Source: a virus
Reading direction: 5' to 3' (one strand)
Virus record (IMG/VR): IMGVR_UViG_3300025133_000045
Location: 35,826 to 99,825 of that record
Length of the DNA stretch: 64,000 bases
The translations under genes were made by a program, and so were the position numbers. The notes under the pieces were generated by a model, which saw nothing but the letters and a program-made list of their open reading frames with translations, searched no databases and was not told where the DNA came from. Below are positions 1 to 12,500 of the stretch, piece after piece. Every line of letters begins with the position of its first letter. Within the stretch, counting starts at the first letter, position 1.

Positions 1-2484
1 CGCATCACTTACAAACTTATCACCAACTCCCAACATGCCCACAGAACTTACAGTAGCATCAATAGACGCTGCCGAAGTGGCTGCTGAAGTCGACAAATCT
101 TTGGATTCGAAAGGGCTTTGAACCGTCACCCCAAGCTGGCCAAGAAAGTTAGCTCTTTCATTATTATTCTCCGTAGATGCAGGGGCTGGCTCCACATTGT
201 TCCCATGCTTCTGTATCTCTCTGGTCAACACTGAAACGCTAAAATCGGAAAACCCTTCCGTATTTGCCAGCATATCTCCCGACTTCCCAGACATAGATAA
301 GGTTAAAGATCCATTTCTGGCGGCTTCTGGAGTTAAGTAAGTCGCTCCATAAGTCTCTAAATCTTTCAATCCAGAGAAGGGATCTGAATCAGCTACTGGC
401 AGAGCAACACCGAGCACCTGTTGAGAAAGCTTGGCTCCTTTGGGAACAAAATATTTACTGTTCTCTTCTACAAGCCTGTTCTTATAATCTCGGATAGTAA
501 ACGTATGCGGACCCGAATATGAATTCCTGTTTCTCAAATTCATAAACTCCAGACCATATTGGTCAGGCACTTCGCTGTCGAACAAATGCGAGAACAACTG
601 GGCGTCTTTTAAAATAAACTTTTCAAAGGATTGCGACGTGCCCGTTTTCGCAACCCTGTTAACGTTGACGGATTTCTTATCTCCCAAGCGCTCGACCAGA
701 ATGGCCTCCAGCTTTTGAATTAAGCCAAGAATACCATATATGCCTGCTGGAGTTCCTGACCTGGGGTTGCACAGCGTGAATAACCGCTTGTACAACCTCG
801 TATTTTCTGCTGTACCCATATCGGTTAAGACGCTTAAGGCTTGACAAAACTGAGCTATCGCATCAACCCACGGCTTTACTGGGGGGCGCTTGTTATCATA
901 GTAGTCCATAAACTCGGGCTTAAACTGACCTGTGCTTTCGTCATAAAAACTAGGAGACGTACTCAGGTTGTAATACAAAGAAAAACCACCGAGGGACTTT
1001 GATAGCTTGCTCAGAATGTCATTCATATATGTGATGGTCCCATCCTCTACTTCTACTTCCACGCTATACTGATAAAGCCCATCTGTTTCCTTGTCTATGG
1101 TATAATCACTCACAGCATAAGTTCTTATATCCCCAGTGTTGCGCAAATAAATTTCTCTAATTGACCCCTCTGTTTCCTTTTTCTCTTTCTTCAGGCTACC
1201 ATTTATATCACCAGATTCCACAACCAAAACCGGAGCTTTGCCAAATGCGTTGTAAGGGTGTATCCTCAAGTTGCCTCCCTTTACGGGAGACCCCACTTTA
1301 TTAAACGTGATCTGCGGATTGGCTCTGTGTCTAAAAATCTTGAGGGTTATGACCCTGGAAAGCTTGAGCATTCTTTTCTTTGCTTCGGCGTTACGTGAAA
1401 AAGTGAAAAGACTTCCAAATTGACTTTGTTGCTTTATAAGTTCCATAAAATCGAATGAAAAAACAAAATTAGAAATGGTCCCGCCCGCTTCTAAGCCCCT
1501 CGTTACAAAGGCATCAGAAAAATAAGCTGATCGATCTTCGACCGTCACTTTGCTGGCTGCGTAGTTCTCGCCAACCCTATCCAAATACGACTCTATTGGC
1601 TTTAAATTAATCTCCTTTGCTAGTGGCGCATCGATGTCTCTAAAATCTTGCACTGTCGTATTAATAACCTTCTCAAGCGTTAAGATAGAATGAGAATGGG
1701 AGCCATGTTTAGCACCCGCCATATAAACGCCGCCCTGCTGATGAACAGCGCCATTCCATATTTCGCCTTCGGGCGTGTAGAATACATACGATTCAGAAAC
1801 AACAGAACCATTGTCTATGACGATCTCTGAAGTTATCTGTTCCGATATAACTCCCTGATTCATATTATAGCCATACATGTTCAAATTATAGTCTTGAGAC
1901 ATTTGAGTTATGTCGAAATAGCAGAACACAAAATAAGCCAGATGATTTGGCTGTGAGTCGTTTAGGCTAAAGGTGGCCTTATATGGTATATCAGCGCCAA
2001 GGTCTCTTCCAGTTTCATCCGTCGAATAGAAGCTCTTGGTGTCCTCTCCCTCTTTCGAGAGTGATATAATTTTTTCTTTATATGTTCCCCTATTGGCCTC
2101 GTCTAAAGCAATAACTTCTCCATTTATAAGCCTGTCTGTTAACGACTTGTCCACACTTTGGATTACTTTGATTTTCATATATTTCAAGAGTTCTGCATCA
2201 TAAAACCAAGAGCTTAACTCAGAACTCTCGATGACATCTTTAACAATCAGATCAACCGTGATTAGCAAAGCTTTGGGAGAGGTTGTTGGTGGTTGAGATT
2301 TTGAATAAGCGACATTCCCATTTTTATCAAGCTTAACAGCATACTCTTGAATGTGGGGATTTTCCACCTCAATAAAAGCCGAGTTATTTTCCAACGTTAT
2401 CTTGTTCACGAACACAGTTGGCATCAGTCTTTTTTCATAAGTGTCGTTACCAAAAACTCCAGCGTTATCAACTCTAGTCACCAT
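1..2484 (-). CDS. Large hypothetical virion structural protein, partial (runs off the left edge, >800 aa)
   Basis: ATG at 2484 overlaps the stop of the upstream gene (TAATG) and reads MVTRVDNAGVFGNDTYEKRLMPTVFVNKITLE. The same frame is open at positions 1-40; the middle was only spot-checked. Absent from the ORF track because it has no stop in the window. Lies in the structural operon. Confidence 0.7.
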   Translation of the reverse strand, partial: MVTRVDNAGVFGNDTYEKRLMPTVFVNKITLENNSAFIEVENPHIQEYAVKLDKNGNVAYSKSQPPTTSPKALLITVDLIVKDVIESSELSSWFYDAELLKYMKIKVIQSVDKSLTDRLINGEVIALDEANRGTYKEKIISLSKEGEDTKSFYSTDETGRDLGADIPYKATFSLNDSQPNHLAYFVFCYFDITQMSQDYNLNMYGYNMNQGVISEQITSEIVIDNGSVVSESYVFYTPEGEIWNGAVHQQGGVYMAGAKHGSHSHSILTLEKVINTTVQDFRDIDAPLAKEINLKPIESYLDRVGENYAASKVTVEDRSAYFSDAFVTRGLEAGGTISNFVFSFDFMELIKQQSQFGSLFTFSRNAEAKKRMLKLSRVITLKIFRHRANPQITFNKVGSPVKGGNLRIHPYNAFGKAPVLVVESGDINGSLKKEKKETEGSIREIYLRNTGDIRTYAVSDYTIDKETDGLYQYSVEVEVEDGTITYMNDILSKLSKSLGGFSLYYNLSTSPSFYDESTGQFKPEFMDYYDNKRPPVKPWVDAIAQFCQALSVLTDMGTAENTRLYKRLFTLCNPRSGTPAGIYGILGLIQKLEAILVERLGDKKSVNVNRVAKTGTSQSFEKFILKDAQLFSHLFDSEVPDQYGLEFMNLRNRNSYSGPHTFTIRDYKNRLVEENSKYFVPKGAKLSQQVLGVALPVADSDPFSGLKDLETYGATYLTPEAARNGSLTLSMSGKSGDMLANTEGFSDFSVSVLTREIQKHGNNVEPAPASTENNNERANFLGQLGVTVQSPFESKDLSTSAATSAASIDATVSSVGMLGVGDKFVSDA

Positions 2485-3548
2485 TAAGCCACTCCACTGT
2501 CTATCTCACACTTTTCACTTTCAATGTCTTCATCGGGATATATGTTCCCGGCAGTCAAAGAGGTGGCAAGATCAGGACATTTGAATTCTGTTTCGATATA
2601 GACACCTTGTGCTTTCAAATTCGATAAGGAGCTACAAATGGTGGCTTCATCAATTTCACTATCAACGAACACATCAAAAAAATACTCTGTAAAACTGGAG
2701 TCCAACTCCACATTAACATCATCAGTTTCAACTAAAATGTTGTTTACAATCTCTTGCTTTTTCTTTCTGAAGTTCATCGGAATGAGATTTTCTCTGGAAC
2801 CTCCATTAGAGAGCGTTTCGGTTTTAATCTCGTAGATTTCAATATCAAAATTCTCTCTCTCATAACGAGAATTTATTTCCTCTAAGTCTAGCAGAATGTG
2901 GTCTGCTTGAACCGATACAAAAGTCCCGTCTGGAAAAATGCCCTCTTGCAGCGCCGGGTCAGACTCAACCGGCTGGTATGGGTCAGCCACTACAGGAGTT
3001 TCCTCACTACCTTCAGGCGACTCTGGCTTCATGTTGATGCTTTTAATGCGTGTTTTATATTTTATCGTTGCCTCTACTTGAGGGATTTTTTGAAGGGAGT
3101 GGCTCCCCGTATAGACCATCGTAGAGCCCCTTATCTCGTTGTTGTAGAACCTCATCTTCCATGCAGGGGCCTTATCAGCCGAGATATCAGAGTGCCCCAG
3201 AGGAGCATTTAAAGCCGTAAAGTGTTTATCCACCGTGGATGGAAACCTAATCTTTTGATCTTCCCTCAATCTAGGGTTGTCTGCCACAATCAAATTGTAA
3301 GATAAGACCTGTTCGCCTCGACCTTCAAATGAGTGCTGAGTCTTTGAAGAAGGCGTTTCGCTCTGAATCCGAGTTTCATAATCATTTTGAGAGCCCGAAT
3401 ATCCGGCATAACGTGGATCGTACAACACATTGTTGTCAAAAAACGAATAGTAGACCGGCTTAAACTTCCCCAGCGAAAGCAAATATTCCCCATATTTGGT
3501 AAGCTCTATATCGATTACATCTTGTTTCTGGTTAAAAAATGTCGTCAT
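2484..3548 (-). CDS. Hypothetical virion/baseplate-associated protein (354 aa)
   Basis: Long ORF in the structural operon. The N-terminus (FFNQKQDVIDIELTKYGEYLLSLGKFKPVYYSFFD) resembles baseplate-region proteins of huge phages. Confidence 0.6.
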   Translation of the reverse strand: MTTFFNQKQDVIDIELTKYGEYLLSLGKFKPVYYSFFDNNVLYDPRYAGYSGSQNDYETRIQSETPSSKTQHSFEGRGEQVLSYNLIVADNPRLREDQKIRFPSTVDKHFTALNAPLGHSDISADKAPAWKMRFYNNEIRGSTMVYTGSHSLQKIPQVEATIKYKTRIKSINMKPESPEGSEETPVVADPYQPVESDPALQEGIFPDGTFVSVQADHILLDLEEINSRYERENFDIEIYEIKTETLSNGGSRENLIPMNFRKKKQEIVNNILVETDDVNVELDSSFTEYFFDVFVDSEIDEATICSSLSNLKAQGVYIETEFKCPDLATSLTAGNIYPDEDIESEKCEIDSGVA

Positions 3549-3596
3549 TGTATTAATTAGCTCTCATATCGAAATATTAATGAGTTTAATCAGGCA

Positions 3597-6500
3597 TCAC
3601 TCTTCTGGCAAAAAGTCTGAATTCAAGACGGGGGGCGTATCTTCGATGTCGACTTGAGCTTCGATATTGGCAAATTCAACCAAAGAGAAGAAGTCATACG
3701 GCCAGTTATATGAATATTTAACATTCGATACCTCTGTATCAGCGCCGCCCATCTTAAAGTTGAAAGAGAAATCTGTATCACCGCCAACACGCGACAACAC
3801 TTTGCTATAGTAATTCCAATTCGCCCTCTGCTTAACCTTAAAGACCATCCATTTCACTTCACTCTGAAGGGCTCTTCCGGTGGCTCTTCCGGTGGCCCCC
3901 ATAAGCTCGTTCGTAAGAAGGGGATGACTTATCGTACTTTCTGAGATTTCTATTTTGGAAGCGGCCTTGGGCGGCAGATTCTGCCACATATAGGTCAAAT
4001 CATCCCGATCAAAGGTATGCTTAAACTCAAATATGTACATGGCTATCGGATCTACGCTGTCAAATTCCATAAAATTAAACTTCGGAGGAATAACATATTT
4101 TTTCATGAGATCCAATTGATTTTTGATTGACTCTCCGACAACAAGTGCCGGGTCTGTGGTTACAGGCAACTCTATCATTGAGGCACGATCAGGATCTTTT
4201 TCATTTAATCGATAAGCCTCTACGGTCACTTTTGGAATCTCAAAAAATGTTCGAACCCCACCATCCTCAATAAACGGAATAGCAACAATAGCTTCGCTCA
4301 CCTCAAATGATTCTGCTATTTGTCCTAACTTGATCCCGGTTTTATTAAACTTCATCTGGTCGGCCAAGCTGAGGTACGATTTCCCCTGAGTAAGAAGCTC
4401 TGTCTGATAGTAATCAGTTGCCAGGCCGCCTGCAAAGGTTGGAACTTTATTTCTGACCCAATCGCTCCCAATGTCTGAGATTTCCATAAAAATTCCCTTA
4501 TCATCAACATCGGGAGGCAACCCAAATTGATGCCACATGCCACGAGGAACAGTTGTCTTGCCATTGGCAGGCATCGTTAAGTTCCCCTGTGCCTCGGTTA
4601 TCGGCCTTAAAGATCCAGACGTAGAGGTAAAATTCAACATTGGTGTTTCAAATTTTGGCTGAATGACCCATACGTTTTGTGTCGAGGCTGGATCATCCAC
4701 CACCATAACCGGGGAACCATCAGGTCTATATTGTACAGAATTGACCTTGGCTTTGCCACTAACATTAATGGAAGCTGTTATTTGCATAGCATATTGATCC
4801 ACATTGCTGCTATTGTAGGGCTTCGTGGCGTCTTGAACGCCATTACCTGCTTTTGTCCACTCAGAACCATCTACCCGCATACTGAGGATCTTTGCATCGC
4901 TCAAGATTTCATCCAAAGTGTGTCTGGGGTATGATGCTTTGAAAAGAATGTCACACCAGGCTTCTCCATCATAATAGGGAGGAGTATAAGCCGGATTATA
5001 CCCTTGCAAGGAATCCATCTTTGGTACAGCAGTTAAAACGGTTGCGAAGTCTCTTCCGGCAAGAGGAGGCCCAAAAGCTGTGGGACGGCTATACATTGTA
5101 AAAGTTTCTCTCAAACCATTTGCTTTTTCTTCCGGCGTAACTTGCGGAATAGGATAAGTTGTTTTTCCTGAAGAAGCCTCATAAGTTCTTTCTTGATTAT
5201 AGCTCTTACGGAGCCTGATCCTCATAGCATAAACCTTGTTTGGCTGGAAGTTTTTAAAATCATTCTCCTTGGCTGAAATTATTGTTGACATTTGTCCATT
5301 GGGCAAAAACATATTGACACTCTCGGCCAAGAAGTTGTTGATCATCATTTCATAAAGCGGATCGCCTGACCCATCCCAGGAAGCGGTCATATTCATAGAG
5401 GCACTAGGATGAGGTTCCATATCCACAAAAGTCATATTTGAAATATAATCTGCTGGGCTAACCAGCGCCTCAAAAGGAACTCGATTATCAAAACCACTGG
5501 CGACTCCACCAGGGCCTCTGCCCCCACCATCAATGGAAGTTGGACGACCAATCATAAATATTTCAGCAGCACCACCACTACCACTATTATTTACAACCTC
5601 ATATGAGCCGCTGTACATTCCATAATCCACAGCTATGCCGGATTTAATTGTGTTATACATGATTCCTGGCGAATAGAACGGCTGTAAGAATGGCCTCAAA
5701 GCCGCTTTCGGGTAAGTGACACCATCGGTTACTGGACTGGCAAAATCTATACCACCCTTCACATTTACAAAGCGCGCATAAGACTGAGAGAACTGCGATG
5801 CCAAGTCCAAAGTCCTCTGTGCCGGATAGAATCCGTCATACGGAAGGAATTTTTTAATTGCCTTGCATCGCAAAGTAATCTTGGCTGGGCTCTTGAACCC
5901 TACGTGATCCGTGTATATCGTCTCAAAGCGCCTCATAAAATCTGAATTGCTGAAGATCTTGTAGAAATCGCTTCCACTACTGTTTTGTGGTAACGTACCG
6001 GAAGCCCCAAAAATCTCAAACATTCTGGGATTGTCGGCAAGCCAATCGCCCACACCATTCTTAAGATATTTGTCGATGTGCTCACTGATTCTAAATTCCG
6101 GTATGATAGAATACTCTTGGCTTTTCAGAATAGCATCTTTCATGTTGCTTTCATAATCAGGATCAATAGGCTCCCTTACACCAGAGACAAAAGAAGTAAC
6201 GGCTGTCGTAATCGTGTTGCCTGCTTCGTCCACTGAATTCTCAATAGTTGTTTTAATTGTGCCCGCTAACCTGTTGGCTTCCCAGAGTGCATCGCCACTA
6301 TAAATCTGAACATCCCCTTGGCGACGACTTGGATCAACTGTATTCGTAACACTGCCCGTTTGTGGGTTATCCAGCGTTATGCAAGTCGTAGACATCGTTG
6401 CAAAAAGCATATGCTTTCGCGCATATAAGGCTGAAGCGGTGATAAACTGTTTTGCCCCATTATGGACCATCAGATAATCATTTTGCAATTCTCCTCCTGC

Positions 6501-9500
6501 ACTTGAAGAAGCATTAGAGGCTGTACAGATGACCCCATCTGAGAAAATCTGAGAAGCATCGAGAGCCCAAGCACTTTGCGTTAACTGGTTGAACCGCCCA
6601 TTGTATGGAGCCCCCATGCTGCTGCTCTTTTCAAAACCAAGAGTTGTTCTTTTAGCTCTCGTAGTGTCCCAAAACTTAACTTTAAAATTCTGCCTCTCTC
6701 GGATCATTTCCATGCCAGCGTTATAAGACGCAGGATAAACTACTTGCCCGTACCTTAGAGATACAAATTCCTTTACAGGCGTAGTTGGGTCGTTAAGAGC
6801 CCCGTTAAGATAAGCCTCTTTGATCCTATCATAAGCTGTATAAATGGTGTTCGGATTGACAGATACCAACTCTTCTAAAGCTCTATTCGAAAACCTTACA
6901 GTTTCGTTTCCATAAGAGGCATCAACAACAACTTGTTTTACCTCCATTCTCGGAGTGCCATCAGTTTCTATACCCACTTGAGACTGGATGCCCAGCACAA
7001 ATTGCAATGGCTTTGATGATTTATCAACAGGTGGCTCGGTAAATGTCTGTAGAGGCCCAAACCGATCCACCACGGGGGGTATCAGTAAACTGCCGAAGGT
7101 CATTAAAGTCCCAGGCACGCTCGCTGCTGTAGGCGCACCCGTGTAATATCGCATTATCCCAGGCGTATGGTTGATCGTGATCGTATTATTTTTCCGATAA
7201 TATCTTACAAGCTGGTGCTCTGCTGTTCTTGTCTGCTTCCAAGATGGATAGCCATAATAGCCATCACGATGGATAAGAACATCATGAAGAACGGAAGCAG
7301 TAACTGGTTGCACACCAACATTGACCTGTTGGATAAAAGAATCAGTGATCGTAGTGGTATCGGGAGCCGTATCGATGTCGCCATAGTTCACATAGTAGCC
7401 GACTGGAGTAGTGCTTCCCGCAGAAGAAGTTACAATTTGATGCCCCAAGATAGCCTCTGAAGCGGTCATGGGTTCCACAATATTTGTATTCAAGTGCCTT
7501 GTCTGGGGAACTGATGAATCTGCTGCTGCTGCCAGATTGATGTAATCTCCACCATAATCTCGGACTCCAGAATCGTTATAACTCACAAAATCCGATGAGG
7601 AAACAAAGTTGATAGAACTTACAATTCCAGCAGAAGTTGACAGTAGGCCGTCTGGGGAACCATGACCATAGCTCAAAGACCCAGTATACGAAGCAGTGAT
7701 CCAAGCGTAGCTTAGCTCCATCTGTGGGATTTCGTGTGTCACATATCCATTGTCGTAAACGCTGGCTGTAAGAGTTACCGCATCACCGGACGGCAATCCA
7801 GCCAATGGTCCCCAGGTCGTCGTTCCACTAAGCTCTGGTCGCTTAAGGGTATTTCTGTTTACTTTCTGGTAACTTCCGGTCCCACTATAATTGGCCGCAT
7901 TTACAGTCGAAGCTCCAGAGCCTCCCCTATCCTGTACATTGCTGAAGAAACCAAACTGGTTAGCATGGTTGACCAACAAGATCCTTTCAAGAGGAGTTCT
8001 AACTGTCAGATTCCGGTACGGCAATGCATTGTAAGGCGAATATTGACCAGATTCAAGATCAAGGCAATAGCCTCCATTTGCATCGCCTGCGGTTTCAGGA
8101 CCACCTGGTGCCGAGAACCTCTCCACGAAAACCCAATCATGCTTGCCTCTATCGGGCCTAGCATAGTCCACAATGCCTGTCACATAAGTTGAAGGGATGG
8201 CTGTCGATGACACGCCCTCGTTGTCAACAAAATAAACATTGTTAATGTCTCGACCAGAAGTTTGCACAATGTCATAGAAATGTTCAAAGTTGCCGATATT
8301 AGAGCGTAACGACCCAGAAATAAATTCTGTCTGTGCTGGTCCGATGTCAGTGGAAGTTCCAGCGGGCAATGTTGTTTTATAAGCCCCCACGTCACTAGCA
8401 GTCATCTGAATATTGCGAATATTTACAGGGCGTTTGGCCACTTCATCACGGAGCAAAGAAGCTTCAGGGCGTCGTGAATTCGCATATGTCGTTGTCATTC
8501 TACGCGACTGAAGTGTTAAAACGCCGCCTGCTGTGATTCCTAAATTCCAAGCTTCTGGCCTTGTTGCAGAGCTTGTCAAGGTCGGGTCAGCAACCAAGCC
8601 AATGTGGCGATACTGATTTCCTCCGACATACTTTTCAGTGAACGGGCCTTGCATCGGGACTTCCATGTCCCCGCCATAGACATCGTGATGATAGTTGTCC
8701 AGGCCCACACTGCCAATGTGCTGCATGGTTCCGGCACCATCTGGAACATCAGCCTGATATCCTGTTGTCACCGACGAACTATAGAGGCTAAACGGAGCAT
8801 AAATTTCCCCTATTCCCTCGGCTGTATAATCGTCGCCCCGCAGCCCAGCATCTCCAGATTGGAAAAGATATTTTGAACTGACCTCTTTCTTATCTATTTC
8901 AGGGGGGACTAGCGCATCATTACAGCTTTTTTCAGACTCAATCGACCCAATCATTGCGAGCGAGTCACTCGCAAACGGAGACAAAGCTCCCCGCGTAAAA
9001 CCAAAACGTTTACGTTGAGTAAAACTAGGTCCGCTCTTTACACTCTTCTCCTCGTCTACATTAAAATTATAAATTTCATCAAACCTTCTCAACGCAAAGG
9101 CTGAGCCTTGATAAGTCGTAGTTGGAAGAGTCCTTGTGGACTTGGCCAATGTAGGGCCAGGCGAACCTGTTCTGTAAGTCTCTATGACTTCTCGGTATTT
9201 CTCCCTATCTGAGTCTATCGCAGAGCCTGCGAAGTCATCAAATTTAATATTTGTTCTCTCGGCCCTGTCTTGCCACCAAAGACAATTCGTATTCTCGTTG
9301 TCGTTAATGGGCGCATGACCATATTTCCAATCGTATTTAAGCTCCGTGATGCCGCGAACAGCGGCTTCTGGATCTGTAACCTTCATTTCGAGTGTCGGGA
9401 ACTTATTCCAATATTTGTTTCTTTCGAGAGCGTGGCTCTCAACCATTGTTCGAATACCGTCCGAGAAATCAGCAGTAGCAGGAACCAGTTGCTGAAGCAT

Positions 9501-12500
9501 CACTGACAGGGAGTTGTCGATCCATTTGTAATATTCGATATATTTGTCAAGATCGGGAGTGTTTCCAACACGCTCAAAGAAAAGCTCTCGGAGTTTCTCC
9601 AACTCTTTGTAATCTTGTCTGTAACGATTCTTGGGATCCCCGATGAGATTGTTGAACTCTACCACCGTCCCAAAGAAATTCATAATTTCTTGAGTGATGG
9701 TCCCATACATGCTCTTCTCAAAGGAGAAATAATAATTTATTGGCCTGGTGTCTCTCGTAAATTCTATGTCATCCTGTCGACTAAGAATGCTAATTGTATC
9801 CTGGCTGCTAAGTGTTTCCGGTGCGTTCTGGCGAAGACTATCGATATATGCCCGATCTACAGCACCAGTGCTTGAAGTCCGCATATTGTATGCTTGACCA
9901 GGATATTGATATCCGATTGTCCGAGCGAACTGAGGATTATTTTCATTATCGTGATAGCGATCGAATCTACCTGTCGAGCCGGAAGAGAAATCGTCAACTA
10001 AAAACTCTCCGCTTGAGTCAGAGCCCGTAACATTATCAAAGTCCCAATGGAGAGCCAGAGTCTCCATTTCTGGCACCCAAGTGCCTGTTAGGGCTGTCTG
10101 CAACAAGAATGTACTTCGATAAGGACGGAGCGAACCAAAATTCCTTGGATCTTTCGCATGGGCTCTAATTGCTTCATTCTCCAAGTAGCTTTCCCAATGT
10201 CGGAGCGAGGAAGCTCTAACATCAGACTGTTCAACAACAGAGCCTGTCCAGTTTGTTCTTGCAGCGCCCACGTAATATCGATGATCTGCCGTCAAATAAG
10301 CACTTGCGGTCAGAGCCGAAGAGGTGAGGAGAAACTCATTCTTCAGGAGGCCAGACTCATAATTCACACCATATAATTCAAGTTTAAGATAAGTGTCGTC
10401 AATGTCATAGTCTGTGGCGCTGCCAGCAGTTGAACCGGAAGCTCCATCAGCTACAGGATATTTTACATTCCTTGTTCGAACAGCGAAATTCCACCTTTGA
10501 TTATCGTAGAGATTTGGATAGGCACTGGTTGTCAGATAAAATTCGGGAGTGGCTCCCTGATTCGATTTAAAGACCAAATAAGCATCTGAGGATTCTAAAT
10601 CTGGCCGAACTGCGTAGAGGCTCCAACTATAGTCATCAGCCGTTGCAGCCTGCACATAACAAGTTTCATCGCCTGCCGTCTTGAGTCTGTGCGTTCCGAA
10701 AATAGAGGAAGACAGAAACGACGTTGAAAACCAGGATAGACTGCCTCGATCTCCCACCTTCTTGGGGAAAATTACATCTATCTCGGCGGTGGTCGGAATA
10801 TAGGGTCCAACCGTTCCAGAAACAAAGGTAACATTGCTTGCGTGCGGATTCGAACTACGAGACTGTTGCGTTACAACGCCCGAAAAACTGTCGGGGTGAT
10901 TGAAGTTGGCATAGTTTTTACGAGAAACCACAGGATCATAATTGTCTCTGACTTTATAAGTTGCGTTGTTGCCGTATAGATTGAGTCTAACAACCTCATC
11001 CCCAACACCAAAGCAACGAATAAGGTTCCTGAAAGACTTTAACGTTCCCTTGGACTTGTAGATGTAGATCAGATTGTTGTAAATATTTTTATAGATCCTG
11101 TTTTTAACCTCGCCTAAGTCGAGATTAAAATTCCTCTTCTCATCTCGACTCATAAACTCGGCTAATATACTGGCGTCGGCAAAAATTTCAGGAGCTTGCA
11201 TTCCATAGTTTGCAACAAGGCGATTAGCAATCGGGATGGTCTTGTTTGAGCTACTTGCATAAGTGGCGTCCTTCAGGCGAGGAAACTCTTCCAACTGAAG
11301 GTGTAGGGAATCCGCATAGCTGCCCACAATTTGCAACATTTGCTTAAGAGTCCCTGGATCTTCATCAACAATCCAAGCCGGTATCCTGTTATAGAGTGTC
11401 GAGTTGTTCGTATAATCAAATACACTTCCTGATTGTATGAAGTCACTTCTCCTCGTTTTGAGCGTTGGATATTCTGGTCGAATAATGGGATCTTCAAACT
11501 CAGCGGCCAAGGCCGAAGCGGACACCATAGCAGAGCCCGTATTTCTCGCCAAAGAGCCTGGATAATTGACCCAGTTACCGTTTGATATCCTTCCACTGTA
11601 ATCGAGCACAATGGAATCTAACGAATCCGTACCCGTAGCCCCTTCATTAAATTTATAATATACGCCCAGACCAGCATTGGATACATCGGAATTAGAGCCT
11701 CCACGAACTTGCCTGAAGAAGTTTAAACCGATGTCCTCTGCGGTTCGATAATCCTTCCAATATCTGAATTCATCGAGTGAAGCAGAAAGCCTTGCGGAGC
11801 CCTCCATGCTTAAGCTATCATAAGCGTTACCAGAAGGAGTCGTCCTCAAGCCACCAATAAAGCTCTGTAAAGACCCCGTTACTTCCCCAAAAGTCATATC
11901 TGAAGAGGCTGTACTCTCTATGTATGCCCCACTATGGAAGAATTTCGCCTTAAGCTCTGCGTCGGCTGAACTGGATTGAAACGAGAATCCAACATGATTC
12001 CAATTACCATCCAAAGAAGAAGTGGTGATGCTCTCGCCAAACTGCATATCCCAGACGCTAGAGCCAGAAGCCATATGAACCCTGAAAGGATATTTACCCT
12101 CATCACCATGGCCACTCGCTGTAAGGTAGACGAGCAGTCTACCATAGCCTGCACTAGAAGATGCTTCACCATTCCAGAGATCAAAAACTGTTTCCTTCTC
12201 CGTGAGTGATGTGTCCCACCCGTTCTTCTTTATCCAGAACTCTACCGAAACGCCAGTCTCTAAATGGAAACGAAGATTGGATGCCCTAGTTCCGTATCTT
12301 AGACCTTGGTATTCCCTGTCTGTATTATAAATATCCGTATCATAGTAGTTGGCACCCGCAAACTGAGTGCCGAGCGAACCAGCCGCCATTCCACCAGAAG
12401 CTGTATGTGGGCCTCCCTTAGTTACGATATATTCTGCACTGCTGGGTGTTCCCCACCCGTTAACTACACTGGCCTGAGTATAGGTGCCGTGACCTAAAGT